In this document: positions 12,741 to 26,005 of the stretch, piece by piece | Position numbering within the stretch: the first letter of the stretch is position 1 | Layout: every line of letters begins with the position of its first letter | NCBI GenBank assembly: GCA_964016885.1 | Contig: OZ024742.1 | Coordinates: forward strand, 283,154,001 to 283,218,000 | Length of the DNA stretch: 64,000 nucleotides | Reading direction: 5' to 3' | From: Eledone cirrhosa | Taxonomy: Eukaryota | Made by a program: the position numbers and the translations under genes | Notes under the pieces: generated by a model | Databases searched by the model: none | What the model saw: the letters and a program-made list of their open reading frames with translations, nothing else | What the model was told of the DNA's origin: nothing

Positions 12741-13459
12741 GACTTAGTTGAGGTATTAGGAGTAGGGATGGCATAGGTATAAGTGACTCAGTAGTAGAGA
12801 GGTTACATATTAAGAGAATACTTTTGGTGGGTGTGGGGAGATAGAAAAAGTCCCCACCACCACCAAAAGTATTCTCATTATTAAAAAATGACCCTTATTA
12901 CTTTTCTTCAACTACCCCCCCCCCCCCCCCACTTCTCCTGTATTCATCTCCCCCTCCTTCATGGTCTCATTCACTTTTCCTCTGCCTCTTTTTTCTCCTA
13001 CACCTACCTACAGCCCTTTTACCCCCACCCCCCTCAATGTAACCCTCCCCCCCATATCATAGCATTCTTAAGGATTTTGTTCCATATAAATGGTGCTGGT
13101 GGTGTGTGTATGGTGATTGTAGCAGTGGTTGTTCTCTGGTGAATGTGAATATCTCACTTAGTGCGTGTGTGTCGTTGTGGATGTGAATATTACACTGGAG
13201 TGTGTTTATATGGAGGCATGATTGAATGGTTAAATAGCCTGCTTCTCAAACATCTGGTCCTGGGTTCAATCCTACTGCACTGTATCTTGAGTTAACACCA
13301 CAAGTCTTGGTGTATGAGATTGAGTAGAAGAAAACTGTTTGGAAGCCAGTTAGATTGACTGTACCTTTAAATTGTATAACAATAATGTGTATGTATGTAT
13401 GTGTGCATGTATGTATGTATGTATGTGTGTATGTATGTATGTATGTGTGCATGTATGTA

Positions 13460-13786
13460 TGTTCTCTTTCTCTTAATTTCGAATACATTTTTGACCGGCC
13501 ACCTTCCTGGTGGCAAGGTTGTAAAAGAAAAGAAATTGTCATCCCTTGAATCGCAAGAATATTTTGCAAATTTTGAAGGTGCCAGTTATCACGGCCATTT
13601 GTAGACTATGAATTAGGGAGCTATGCTCTTTGTCCACAAATCCAAGTTCAGTTATACTTTGGTCCAAGCGGGTTGGCATATAACCTGTAACTCCCAATAA
13701 TAATGGGTATGAAGCTGAAGGTGTATCTTGGATATTGGATCTGCAAACTCCTCATCAATGGTCTGTAGATGTCCTCCTTCTCCTGT
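13460..13786 (-). mobile_element. RLE-type (R4/Dong- or NeSL-like) non-LTR 3' fragment
   Basis: QEKEDIYRPLMRSLQIQYPRYTFSFIPIIIG...ELGF...LQMAVITGTFKICKIFLRF*; lies between (TATG)n and (TAGG)n. Confidence 0.7.
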
Positions 13787-14186
13787 ATGTATGTAGGTAG
13801 GTAGATAGCTAGGTATGTAGGTAGGTAGGTAGGTAGGTTTGGATATCTTTAGGTATGCCTGTAACTATTTAGTTATGTGTGTATGTATGTGTATGTGTGT
13901 GTGTATACATGTATGTAAGTGTGAATGTATACATTTCACTGGGGTGCGTTTATGTAGGTATACACCCTCACACTATCACCATACAAACATACACACCACC
14001 CACACACACATATATACACGTGCTAGCACTCACACTATCTCACACTGTCACACATACACACATCTATCTCCATCAGATTACCCTATATAAGTTGTATATC
14101 CATCAATCAGTATATATCAGCCACCTGGCTGCCATATTTTAGAGATGTCAACAGCTTCTTATGTATACATACACAAATACAGACAA

Positions 14187-14217
<31 letters not shown>

Positions 14218-14369
14218 GAGGCAATAACACTTCACACGCACACACACACACACACACTCTCAAGTTCACATACATACACAAATACACTATATGCATACAC
14301 ACACATTCGCCACAAAGAAATCACCAACATTGTCACTACTTCAGACACCTACTTCACATAACACACACA

Positions 14370-14850
14370 TATACACAAGCACTCACATACATATACACAC
14401 ACAAACACTCGCATACATATACACACACACCACCATCACATACATGTAGACACATATGTATATATACACCCATGTATACAAGCACTCACATACATATACA
14501 CACACACCACCATCACATACATGTAGTCACATATGTATATATACACCCATGTATACAAGCACTCACATACATATACACACACACCACCATCACATACATG
14601 TAGTCACATATGTATATATACACCCATGTATACAAGCACTCACATACATATACACTCACCACCATCACATACATGTAGACACATATGTATATATACATCC
14701 ATGTACACAAACACTCACATACATATATACACTCACCACCATCACATACATGTAGACATATATGTATATATACATCCATGTACACAAACACTCACATACA
14801 TATATACAGTCATCACCATCACATACATGTAGACACATATGTATACACAC
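14370..14850. repeat. ~75-77-bp tandem repeat derived from CA/TA microsatellite
   Basis: CACCATCACATACATGTAG..CATGTATACAAGCACTCAC, about 6 copies. Confidence 0.9.
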
Positions 14851-15154
14851 ATATACAACACCCTTGTGTATACAAATATACATCATTACATACACAGACA
14901 CAGACATACACAGAAAATGGACCTCTGATGGTTTCAACTCCAACTGTGAGTGTTCAAGTTGTTCAATCATTGGAACATTATGGTCATGAAATCAATGTCT
15001 AAGTGGCTGAGCATTCCACAAACAAACAAACATACATACCCTTAATGTAATTCTCAGGGAGATTCAGCATGACACAGTGTATGACAAGGCTTGCACTTTA
15101 AATTACAAATACAGTCCATATGATGGACTTTGCAAACAGCTTCTGTTCCCATCT

Positions 15155-15400
15155 ATACAATGTCATCCTATCCACCACCATCGCCACAGAGTTGGCTACC
15201 CGCAGGTGTGACCTTCACGAACTGGAATGGCTTTTCCAGTGCATCTCCCTCACCGTCCTCCAGAGAAATGCCTTCTCTATTCTGTCCGCTGGGGCCACAA
15301 GGCAGCCAGTGCATGGACCCCCATTTGCTCATTATAGTGAGAGATGAGGAGAGACAGAGGCAGTGACAGTGGGAGTTTGATTCCTTTCAATTCGGACCTG
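15155..15400 (+). mobile_element. CRE-like RLE retrotransposon 3' fragment
   Basis: ELEWLFQCISLTVLQRNAFSIL; homologous to the fragments at 25690 and 28850. Confidence 0.7.
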
Positions 15401-15415
15401 GTGTATATGTATATA

Positions 15416-15517
15416 CATGGTGTCCCCCAAAAATGTATACACACTTTGATTACCTGTGCAAGCAATATTTATTAGAATACTGTTGAAGTGTGCATACATT
15501 TTTGGGGGGACACCCTG
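15416..15517. mobile_element. Tc1/mariner-type MITE
   Basis: TA-flanked ~31-bp TIRs CA(G/T)GGTGTCCCCCAAAAATGTAT(A/G)CACACTT. Confidence 0.85.
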
Positions 15518-15614
15518 TATTTATTTACCACACAACATGTTACATACACACACATTAAATATTTCACATATCTATACACTAGGCTTGGGTCAACCCAATG
15601 CTATGTTAAATAAC

Positions 15615-15742
15615 TGTTTCTACTATTGGCACAAGGCCAGCAATTACCCAGTACATTACTGGTACTTTATTTTATCGACCCCGTAAGGATGAAAGGCAAA
15701 GTTAACCTCGGCAGGATTTGAACTCAGACCATAAAGGGACGT
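15615..15742 (-). mobile_element. 5'-truncated SINE A with 18-bp TSD, nested in an older SINE
   Basis: AATGCTATGTTAAATAAC at 15597-15614 and 15743-15760. Confidence 0.9.
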
Positions 15743-17121
15743 AATGCTATGTTAAATAACACTTGCCCCAAATGACCCACAATAGGCCAGAACCTGGGAC
15801 CTAATGATTACAAAGCTAACCTCTAAACCATTTAGCCATGCTACATCCACACACCCCCACATTACCACACACCCCCATGTATATACTCACAACATTCATA
15901 GCTATTTTGTTTAAGTTTCCTGTGATCTGTAATGATTATGGGTTCGTGTGTATATGTGTTTTGTGTGTATATATATATATATGTATATGTTTGTGCTTGT
16001 GTGTGTGTATGCATGTGTGTAAGGTTTAAAAGAGTTAAATAATCTAAGGATCTTTATAAGAAACCTTTTCCAAATAACACACACACTCATGTACACATAT
16101 ATACACACACACACACCACACATATGTACACATATACACACACACATAAATACCTACACAAACAGCAAATTTCCCTCATTATATATATACATGTATGTGT
16201 AGGCATATATATATATATACATGTATGTGTAGGCATATATATATATATATATACATCTATGTGTAGGCATATATATATATATTTATACATGTATGTGTAG
16301 GCATATATATATATATATATACATGTATGTGTAGGCATATATATATATATATGTATATATATATACACACACACACATACATATACACACATACATATGC
16401 ATACATACATACACATGCACACACACACACACACACACACACATACCAGTGTTTGCTACATCCCAGGAATTGGGGCTTGTATTGTCAACATGTTGGATAG
16501 TTGAACATTTGTTGTCCAGGAATCCAGGAATGGTAAATATTATATTCCTTAGACAGGCATATAGAGGATGGTGGTGGTGGTGGTGGAGTACATATAAGAG
16601 GGGGGGGTATGAGTAGAGCATGAGGAGAAGGTGGAGGGCTACTGGTGTTGATAGACATGGAGGGGGTGATGGTATGAGGAGGATAGGAGAAGATAGGTTA
16701 CTGGTGATGATAGTGATAGGTGTGGGGAGGAGCATGAGGTGACAGATAGCTACAAAGGTTTATTTACTGTTGTTGTTGTTGTTGTTGTTGTTCAAGAGGT
16801 TGTTCTTCCCCGGCTCTGCTCTGTTCCACCTCCACTTTGCTATTTGGGAGAAGGGAGAGTTCCTGAGATAAACTCTTAAGTGTTTGGTTTCCATCACCAA
16901 ACACAGCCTATCATCTTCATTCTCATCATAACCATCACCATTTTCGTCAGCATCAGCATCATCATCATCATCATCATCATTTTCGTTATCATTGTCATCA
17001 GTATCATCCATCACCAAACAGCTATCATCATTCTCATCATCAACATTGCCAACATAGTCCTCATCATAATCAACAACATTTTTTTATCATCATCATCATC
17101 ATTGTCATCATAATCAACACT

Positions 17122-17168
<47 letters not shown>

Positions 17169-17201
17169 TCAATCTATGAGATTTTGATATTTATTTTGAT
17201 A

Positions 17202-17391
17202 GAGCGGTGGATTGGCAGAATCGATAGAGCGTCGAACAACATGCTTTGCAGCATAGAGTTACGGCCCTTTATGATCTGAGTTCAAATCCCGCCGAGGTTA
17301 ACTTTGCCTTTCATCTTTACGGGGTCGATAAAATAAAGTACCAGTAATACACTGGGATAATTGCTGGCCTTGTGCCAAAAGTAGAAACAAT
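17202..17391 (+). mobile_element. Full-length SINE A with 14-bp TSD, inserted in a piggyBac-like MITE
   Basis: TATTTATTTTGATA at 17188-17201 and 17392-17405. Confidence 0.9.
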
Positions 17392-17479
17392 TATTTATTT
17401 TGATAATACCTTAACATCAGTATGGGTGACTAGTTACAGCCGGTTTGAACAGAAAGAGGTGAGAGAATTCTGGCCAGAA

Positions 17480-17723
17480 AGTGGTCATGGAGGTGCCAGG
17501 GCAAAAAAGCACCCAGCCCACACTGTAAAGTGGACGTGTAGGCGCCACAGTAAAAAAGCACCCAGCACTCACTGTAAATGAGATTGGTGTTAGGAAGGGC
17601 ATCCAGCTGTAGAAATCAAGCCAGAATCAGTTCCCATATGAGCAAGACAAGGTCAGCCGACTGGACAACCCGTCTAACCCATGCTAGCGTGGAAGAACGG
17701 ACGTAAAATGGTGATGATGATGA
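17480..17723 (+). mobile_element. SINE B 3' half, inserted in the same MITE
   Basis: Internal tandem unit, GGAAGGGCATCCAGCTGTAGAAA and RTE-type tail. Confidence 0.8.
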
Positions 17724-18387
17724 TATAGCTGGTTTAAATGCTAAAAAGAATTAAACGAGGTTCATACATAGAATTATAAGAGAAAGTTTTCTATATAAAT
17801 ATAAACAGTTCTGTATCATAGAACCATGAGCAGTGTCAGATGGTATGGTGGTACCATAAGGTTAAAACTGAATTTGAAATCATATACTTTTAGCTGTTTC
17901 ATAAACCACATATTGGCAATGGTTTAGGTGGTGGTTGTGGTGGTGGTAGTGGTAGCATCAGTGGCAGTGGTAGTGGTGGTTTTTGTTGGTATGTTGATAG
18001 TTTGTTGCTGTGGTGGTTTTATAGTGGTTGGCTATAGAAGCAGTTGGCGTGATAGTTCATGGATGTAGTGATGATGGCTGTAGTTGTAATGGCTGATTCT
18101 ATGTAGGTGGCTGTTGCTATGATGTTGTTGATGATGATGATGAATATGATGATGGTGATGGTGATGATGATGATGATTATGATGATGGTGGTGATGTTGA
18201 TTATGACTGGCCATCTATTATAAAGCTGAGTGAAGAAATAGTTTAATAAAGATTAAAACAGTAATTTATACACCAGCAATTCTTAGCTTATCTCATTAAG
18301 TCAGAAATTGTACTATTACTGGTATAGGACATTTTCTTCTTCTCTGTCTGTCTGTCTGTCTATATATGTATGTACATGTGTATATGC

Positions 18388-18428
<41 letters not shown>

Positions 18429-20678
18429 TGTATATGTGTATATATATATGTGTGTGTGTGTGTGTGTATATATATATGTGTGTATATATTTATTTATTTA
18501 TGTGTATGTATATAGTCTGTATATTTATATTTATTTTGATTTTAATAACATTATAATAGTCAAGATTAACAACAATAGCAACAACAGTAACAACAACAAC
18601 AACAGTAACAACAACAACAACAACAGTAGTAGCAATAATGCAATAGGACTATTAAGAAGGAAAACCACAATTTTATGCAGTAGTGATGATGATGATGATG
18701 ATAGTATATAGTCAATAACAAACAACAGCAACAACCAGAACAACATCAGTGCAATAACAACAACAATAATGATGGTAATAATAATAATGTTGACTGTGAT
18801 GGTGATTGTGTAATATTAAATCTAATAACAACAACAATAATAACAATAACAATGACTTATATATAGATGGTGATTGGTAATAGAAGGGAAAACAATAGAA
18901 ATAAATACTAAATTTGGTGGTGGTGGTGGTAGAGGTGGTGGTGGTGGAGGGGATTGTTGGTGATGGTGATAATGGTTGTAGTGGTGTTGGAGATTGTTAG
19001 TGATGGTAGTGGTGCTGTTGTGGTAGGGGTTGTGGTGATAATGGTTGTAGTCGTGGTGCTGCTGGTGATGGTGGTCATTGTGGTTTTGGTGGTGGTGGTG
19101 ATGGTGGTTTTGGTGCTGGCGGTGATGGTGGTGATGTTTGTCATTATGGTTTTGGTGGTGGTGGTGGTGGCGGTTTTGGTGGTGGCGGTGGTGATGGTGG
19201 TTTTGGTGGTGGTGGTGGTGGTGGTGGTGGTGGTGGTGGTGGTGGTGATGGTGGTGGTAATAGACAGCTATAACTGAAAAAAAAAAACAATAGCTGAAAT
19301 TAACAGTTGTGTGTATCTTTGTATTTATATATGTGTGTGTGTCTGTTCATGTGTGCTTGTGTAAATATTTGTATGTTTATGTGTATGTGTAATTTCATTT
19401 TCCATACACATCTAGCCCAACTGTTGTTGCCACCACATCATCATCATCCTCATCATTATATCACCCCCCCCACACAAACACACACACTTTTCACCTCATC
19501 TCTACACATCTCATCACCTACCCCTAAATGAAACTATAGTTCTGATTCACACTTAAGTATCATTGATTTATCTCCCCTTCTTCTCCCACTCTTCCTCTAC
19601 ACTCATGTTGTTTTTATCTCCCTCTTTCATCCTTTCCTCTAATATTGTTTTTCTTTCCCCCTCTTTCTGTCTCAGCTTTCTTCATGGTCTTTATCCCTTC
19701 TCTCAGATTCTTTCTTTTCGTCATTCAATCTTCATATTTTTTCCCACTGTTTTCTTTTATTCTCTTCTTTTTCCTTCCTTTCTTTCTTCTCTTTTCTTTC
19801 TAGCTACCTTTCATTCTCTATAGTCTTTCTTATCTTTGTCTTCCATCTATCATCTCTAGAAAACTCAACTAGAATAACAACAACAACAACAAATACAACA
19901 ACACTAGCACCAACAACAATAGCAGCAACACTATTTTAAAATTTTATATCATACCTATATATATATGTATATATAATATATATATATATATATATAGATA
20001 GATAGATAGATTTATATGTATATATTATATATATATATATTATATATATATTTATATATATATATATATACATGCACAAATATATTTTTGTTAGATTTTT
20101 TCTATTTCATTTCTTCCAACTTAATTAAACAATAATGAATTATTTAGACAGTTATGCAAATAACCATTTATCGAATTTACATGAAAATATTCTTCATTTG
20201 CTGAATCAGCTCCCCCCCCCTCTCTCTCTCTCTCCCCCCTCTTTCTCTCTTCCGCTTTCTCTCTTCCTCTTTCTCTCTCTTTCTCTCACCACCACCACCA
20301 TCATTGCCACTGCCTTAGCTGCAATACACTATATTGTTGATAGGAAACTAAAATATGAAAAATTAGAAGGTCTGTTAAGAGATGATGTAACTTTTACATA
20401 TAAACAACTCCATACTAGTAGAGCCACCAAACATGCTAATTGTTCCAGCTCTTTACATTCTGTGGTTCTGCTGAGGGCAACTTTGCCTTTCATTTATTTG
20501 GAGGGATCAATATAATAAAGTACCAGTCATCAACTTGTCCTCCAGCCCCTCAACTCCACTTCTTGGCCTTATGTCTTTATTAGAAACCATTAAGGGCTGG
20601 TTGATTGGCAGAATCATTAGAGCATCAGACATATACTTGGCAGTATTTGTGCTGGCTCTTTCTTCTGGTTATTTTGTA

Positions 20679-21107
20679 CCAAGCAAACAAGCTTTTCTGT
20701 AAAGATATTGAATTACTAGATATCAAGCTGTATCCCACAGCCTTAGCTATCTACCACCTTTCTTATGGTTATGTTTATGCCAAGCAAACAAGCTTTTCTG
20801 TAAAGATATTGAATTGCTAGATATCAAGCTTTATCCCACAGCCTTAGCTATCTACCACCTTTCTTATGGTTATGTTTGTACCAAGCAAACAAGCTTTTCT
20901 GTAAAGATATTGAATTGCTAGATATCAAGCTTTATCCCACAGCCTTAGCTATCTACCACATTTCTTATGGTTATGTTTATGCCAAGCAAACAAGCTTTTC
21001 TGTAAAGATATTGAATTGCTAGATATCAAGCTGTATCGCACAGCCTTAGCTATCTACCACCTTTTTTATGGTTATGTTAATGCCAAGAAAACAATCTTTT
21101 CTGTAAA
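20679..21107 (-). repeat. 101-bp tandem repeat (~4.3 copies) derived from the 3' end of an R4/Dong-like element
   Basis: Units start at 20679, 20780, 20881, 20982 and 21083. Minus strand reads LQK/ACLLGINITIRKVVDS* across one frameshift. Confidence 0.85.
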
Positions 21108-21420
21108 ATCAGGAAATTCATCCTGAATATACAACATCTTTAACTAACTATTTAAACTCCTTGTTACTGTGCTGAAGGCTCTTTCCTGTTACATTTAAGT
21201 TGATAACAACTTTAGGGAAAATCCAAATTCTCTGAATTTCCTATTTTAACTCTTGGTATCTTTTCTATTTTTTCTCAAACAGGCAAGAAACATTGTTTAA
21301 CCAACACACTATTTCCTCTTTGTTGACTATAACAATATCTGGGTTGGAAATTTTCATTTGTCTATTTATTTGAATCTTCATATCCCAAAGGACTTTTATA
21401 TTGTGGCCAACATCTTGGGT
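21085..21420 (-). mobile_element. Degenerate R4/Dong-like RLE domain fragment
   Basis: KVLWDMKIQINRQMKISNPDIVIVNKE followed by a degenerate YQELK..IQRIW block. Confidence 0.75.
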
Positions 21421-21648
21421 CCTTGTGGTCAATAAAAGGAATCCTTATTGTTTCTTCTTCTTCTTCTTCTTCTTCTTCTTCTTCTTCTTCTTCTTCTTCG
21501 TCTTCTTCTTCTTCCATCCCTTCTACTACTACTACTACTACTACTTTTAAAAGTTTTCTTTGTAAAGAAACAAAAACCTTTGAAAAAATGTCGTTTTAAT
21601 TAGAAAATCCTGAGGAAAGACAGTTATGTTGCAGCTATTTCAATCATG

Positions 21649-21727
<79 letters not shown>

Positions 21728-21996
21728 ATATACAGTCACATACATATATCTCACACATACATATACACATATACACACAGCCTTGCTGTCACTTCTGATT
21801 GTCTTGGTTTGTTGAGGTTTTAGGGTTGAAACATGTGACACATGACAGCATAATGGTGGCAGTAGTAGTAGTGGTGGTGGTGGTAATGGTGGTGGTAGGA
21901 GGGAGATGGATAGATAGAGTATTATGGTATGTAGTCATCACACATTGTTCTAAGGTTTGGATTTTGTTGCTGTTCTTGTTGTTAGTGTTGCTTTTT

Positions 21997-21998
<2 letters not shown>

Positions 21999-22088
<90 letters not shown>

Positions 22089-22125
22089 ATATATGTGTAT
22101 ATATATATATGTATATATATATATG

Positions 22126-22156
<31 letters not shown>

Positions 22157-22223
22157 GTATATATATATATGTATATATATATGTATATATATATATGTAT
22201 ATATATGTATGTATATATATATG

Positions 22224-22256
<33 letters not shown>

Positions 22257-22814
22257 GTATATATGTATATATATATGTATATATATATATGTATATATAT
22301 ATATGTATATATATATATGTATATATATATATGTATATATATATGTATGTATGTATATATATATATGTATATATATATGTATGTATGTATATATATATAT
22401 GTATATATATATGTATGTATGTATATATATATATGTATATATATATGTATATATATATGTATGTATATATGTATATATATATGTATATATATATATATGT
22501 ATATATGTATATATATATGTATATATATATATATATATACATATATATATACATATATATGTTGATTTAAAACTGCACTATCCACAAGTGTTTTTTAGCC
22601 TTCATATCATGTCCTCCTGTTTTATCTGATGAAAACACAAATATTATTGCATGATGGTGTTTGTTTTTGAAATGCGCATAATAAAATACATGGAACTCCT
22701 TTAACCATCTTTTGTTCTTATATATTATGTATACTCCAGTCCTACAAACTGTAGAGTGCTTCTTATCTGATATCTGCATTGCTTTATTGTACTACAATAA
22801 AACTCACCTCCTAC

Positions 22815-22874
<60 letters not shown>

Positions 22875-22927
22875 ATATGTATATATATATATATGTATAT
22901 ATGTATATATGTATATATATATATATG

Positions 22928-22986
<59 letters not shown>

Positions 22987-23027
22987 GTATATATGTATAT
23001 ATGTATATATGTATATATGTATATATG

Positions 23028-23084
<57 letters not shown>

Positions 23085-23085
23085 G

Positions 23086-23182
<97 letters not shown>

Positions 23183-23446
23183 GTATATATATATATTTAT
23201 ATATGTATATATATATATATATTTATATATGTATATATTTATATATATATATATTTATATATGTATATATATATATATGTGTATATATTTATATATGTAT
23301 ATATTTATATATATATATATTTATATATGTATATATATATATGTGTATATATTTATATATGTATATATATATATATATGTATATATTTATATATGTATAT
23401 ATATATATATGTATATATTTATATATGTATATATATATATATATGT

Positions 23447-23504
<58 letters not shown>

Positions 23505-23509
23505 GTATA

Positions 23510-23540
<31 letters not shown>

Positions 23541-23829
23541 GTATATATATGTATATATATATATATGTATATATATGTATATATGTATATATATATATAT
23601 GTATATATATGTATATATGTATATATATATATATGTATATATATGTATATATGTATATATATATATATGTATATATATGTATATATGTATATATATATAT
23701 ATGTATATATATGTATATATGTATATATATATATATGTATATATATGTATATATATATATATGTATATATATGTATATATGTATATGTATATATATATAT
23801 GTATATATGTATATATATATATATGTATA

Positions 23830-23886
<57 letters not shown>

Positions 23887-24108
23887 GTATATATATGTAT
23901 ATATATATATATATGTATATATATGTATATATATGTATATATATGTATATATATGTATATATATATATATGTATATGTATATATATGTATATATATATGT
24001 ATATATATGTATATATATATGTATATATATGTATATGTATATATATGTATATATACGGATTAACAAATAATAGTTAAATACACACATATATATATATGTA
24101 TATGTGTA

Positions 24109-24163
<55 letters not shown>
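21999..24163. repeat. Giant (TA)n/(TATG) compound microsatellite interrupted by a 250-bp insert
   Basis: Direct inspection. Confidence 0.95.
22618..22688 (+). ncRNA. Minimal type I hammerhead ribozyme (Penelope-type, palindromic stem III)
   Basis: TGTTTTAT-CTGATGA-stem II (ACAAATATTATT/GATGGTGTTTGT)-GAAA-TGCGCA-TA-ATAAAATA. Confidence 0.8.
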
Positions 24164-24165
<2 letters not shown>

Positions 24166-24304
24166 TTGACACTACAGGTTCAAACTCTAGTCTATATATG
24201 TGTGTGTGTATGTGTATGTATATATATATATATATATATATATACATACACATACACACACACATATATAGACTAGAGTTTGAACCTGTAGTGTCAAAGA
24301 TATA
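24160..24304. repeat. Near-perfect inverted repeat with a (TA)n centre
   Basis: TCTTTGACACTACAGGTTCAAACTCTAGTC / GACTAGAGTTTGAACCTGTAGTGTCAAAGA. Confidence 0.9.
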
Positions 24305-24374
24305 ATTAGTTAGCCATATTTTTTTTTTAACAGACAAAACTAATCTGCTTTAATGGTTCCTTTGATATTGTGTG

Positions 24375-24455
24375 TGTAAGTTTAAATTTATAGTGCTTTA
24401 CTTTATTGCCTGTGCATCAGGCTATAAAGAAAAGCACTATAAATTTAAACTTACA
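24375..24455. repeat. 80-bp hairpin/palindrome
   Basis: TGTAAGTTTAAATTTATAGTGCTTT...AAAGCACTATAAATTTAAACTTACA. Confidence 0.85.
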
Positions 24456-24481
24456 ATATATTGTGAAATTATGTGTGTGTG

Positions 24482-24920
24482 TTCAGGCCAGATGTAAAAT
24501 GTAGGCCTCCAAATTTTGTAATAGGCCTAAGCAAGATGTGAAATGCTGGTAAAAAAAAATGTTAATAAATTCAGGCCAGATGTAAAATGTAGGCCTCCAA
24601 ATTTTGTAATAGGTCTAAGCAAGATGTGAAATGCTGGTCCAAAAAACTGCTAATAAATTCAGGCCAGATGTAAAATGTAATCACCTCCACTCCTGTTTAA
24701 GCTAGATGACAAATGTAGACACCACCCCCATTCCCACCCCAAGATTGTAACAGGTCCAGGCCAGATATGAAATGCAGACAATCCCCAAAACTGATAATGG
24801 GGCCAGTCCAGGTGGAAGATTTAAGGACCCAAAGCTTTGATAGGCCCTGGCTAGATGGTAATAGATCCAGACCAGATGGTAATAGATGGTAATAAATCCA
24901 GACCAGATGTGAAGTCTAGT
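24482..24920. repeat. Degenerate ~44/89-bp tandem repeat
   Basis: TCAGGCCAGATGTAAAATGTAGGCCTCC repeated, then decaying. Confidence 0.75.
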
Positions 24921-25034
24921 CCCCATTTCAAACAGCTCATTAGATATTTTAGTAATCAGTATTAAATACATATGATTTATGTATGTATGGGTTACAGGTA
25001 TATGTATATACATATATATCTAGCATACTTACAT

Positions 25035-25195
25035 AAAATGGTGGTGAATTGGTAGAGTTGTTAGAGCGTCGGATAGAATACTTTGCAATATTCATTCCAG
25101 CTCTCTGCTCTCTGAGTTCAAATACTGCCAAGGTCAACTTTACCTTTCATCCTTTCGAGGTCGATAGAAAAGTACCAGTTTAGTAATGGGTTGAT
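25035..25195 (+). mobile_element. SINE family A
   Basis: Family motifs. Confidence 0.8.
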
Positions 25196-25684
25196 TCTTC
25201 CTCTATATCTTTTTCTCACTTTCTCTCTTTCTCTCACTCTGGAAGAAATCTGCTGTATTCAGACCTGAAGAGGAGTTGGGCACTGCCAGATTTAAAAAAA
25301 ACAACAAGAAATGCCATATGTCAATACAGGTCCCTACAACTCTCTTGGGAGTTACAGGACCATACATACATACTTATATAAAAGATTTAGAACCTTAAAA
25401 TTGTAAGCCCCTGCTAACTGGCATAACTGACAACTCCCCCATCCTCATGTATGGTCTGGCCTAAATGTGTTATACAGGTGTGTTGTGAAATTTTACAGTT
25501 TATCATTTGTGTCTGTGCACGTCATGTGTCTTATGTGCACAAGTGATGACATGTGATGCTGACACTAAGGATGCTGATGTGCAAGTATCTTGAAGCAGAA
25601 CATGATTCCAAGGGAAAGAAAGAAGACTCAGTGATGGAATTTCCTCAGTATGAGTGTGTGTCTATGAAACATATACATATACAC

Positions 25685-26005
25685 CAGGTCCAAACACAAA
25701 GGAACCAAACTCCTACTGTCACTGCCGCCGTCTCTCCCACTCTCCCATCACTCACTATTATGAACAAATGAGGGCCTATTCATTGGCCACCCCGCAGCCC
25801 CAATGGACAGAACAGAGAAGATTTTTCCCAGAGGATGGTGAGGGAGATGTGCTGGAAGAGCCATTCCAGTTTGCGAGTCTCACACCTGCAGGTAACTAAC
25901 ACTGTGTCGATGATCATGAGTAGTGAGGTGACCCTACAACCAAGGACACCAGAAGTCTCCACTACTACAAGCTCAACTACAAACCTGTCGGAGAGCAACA
26001 GATAT
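25685..26005 (-). mobile_element. CRE-like RLE 3' fragment
   Basis: LSDRFVVELVVVETSGVLG...LEWLFQHISLTIL. Confidence 0.7.

Noticed and set aside
16760-17017. Acidic D/N-rich ORF
   Set aside because: Derived from (GAT)n/(AAC)n repeats; no domain recognised.
21799-24337. Long YI/IY/CV-rich ORFs (also at 2.6, 26.9, 42.2 and 61 kb)
   Set aside because: Stop-free translations of TA/TG microsatellites, open in most frames on both strands.
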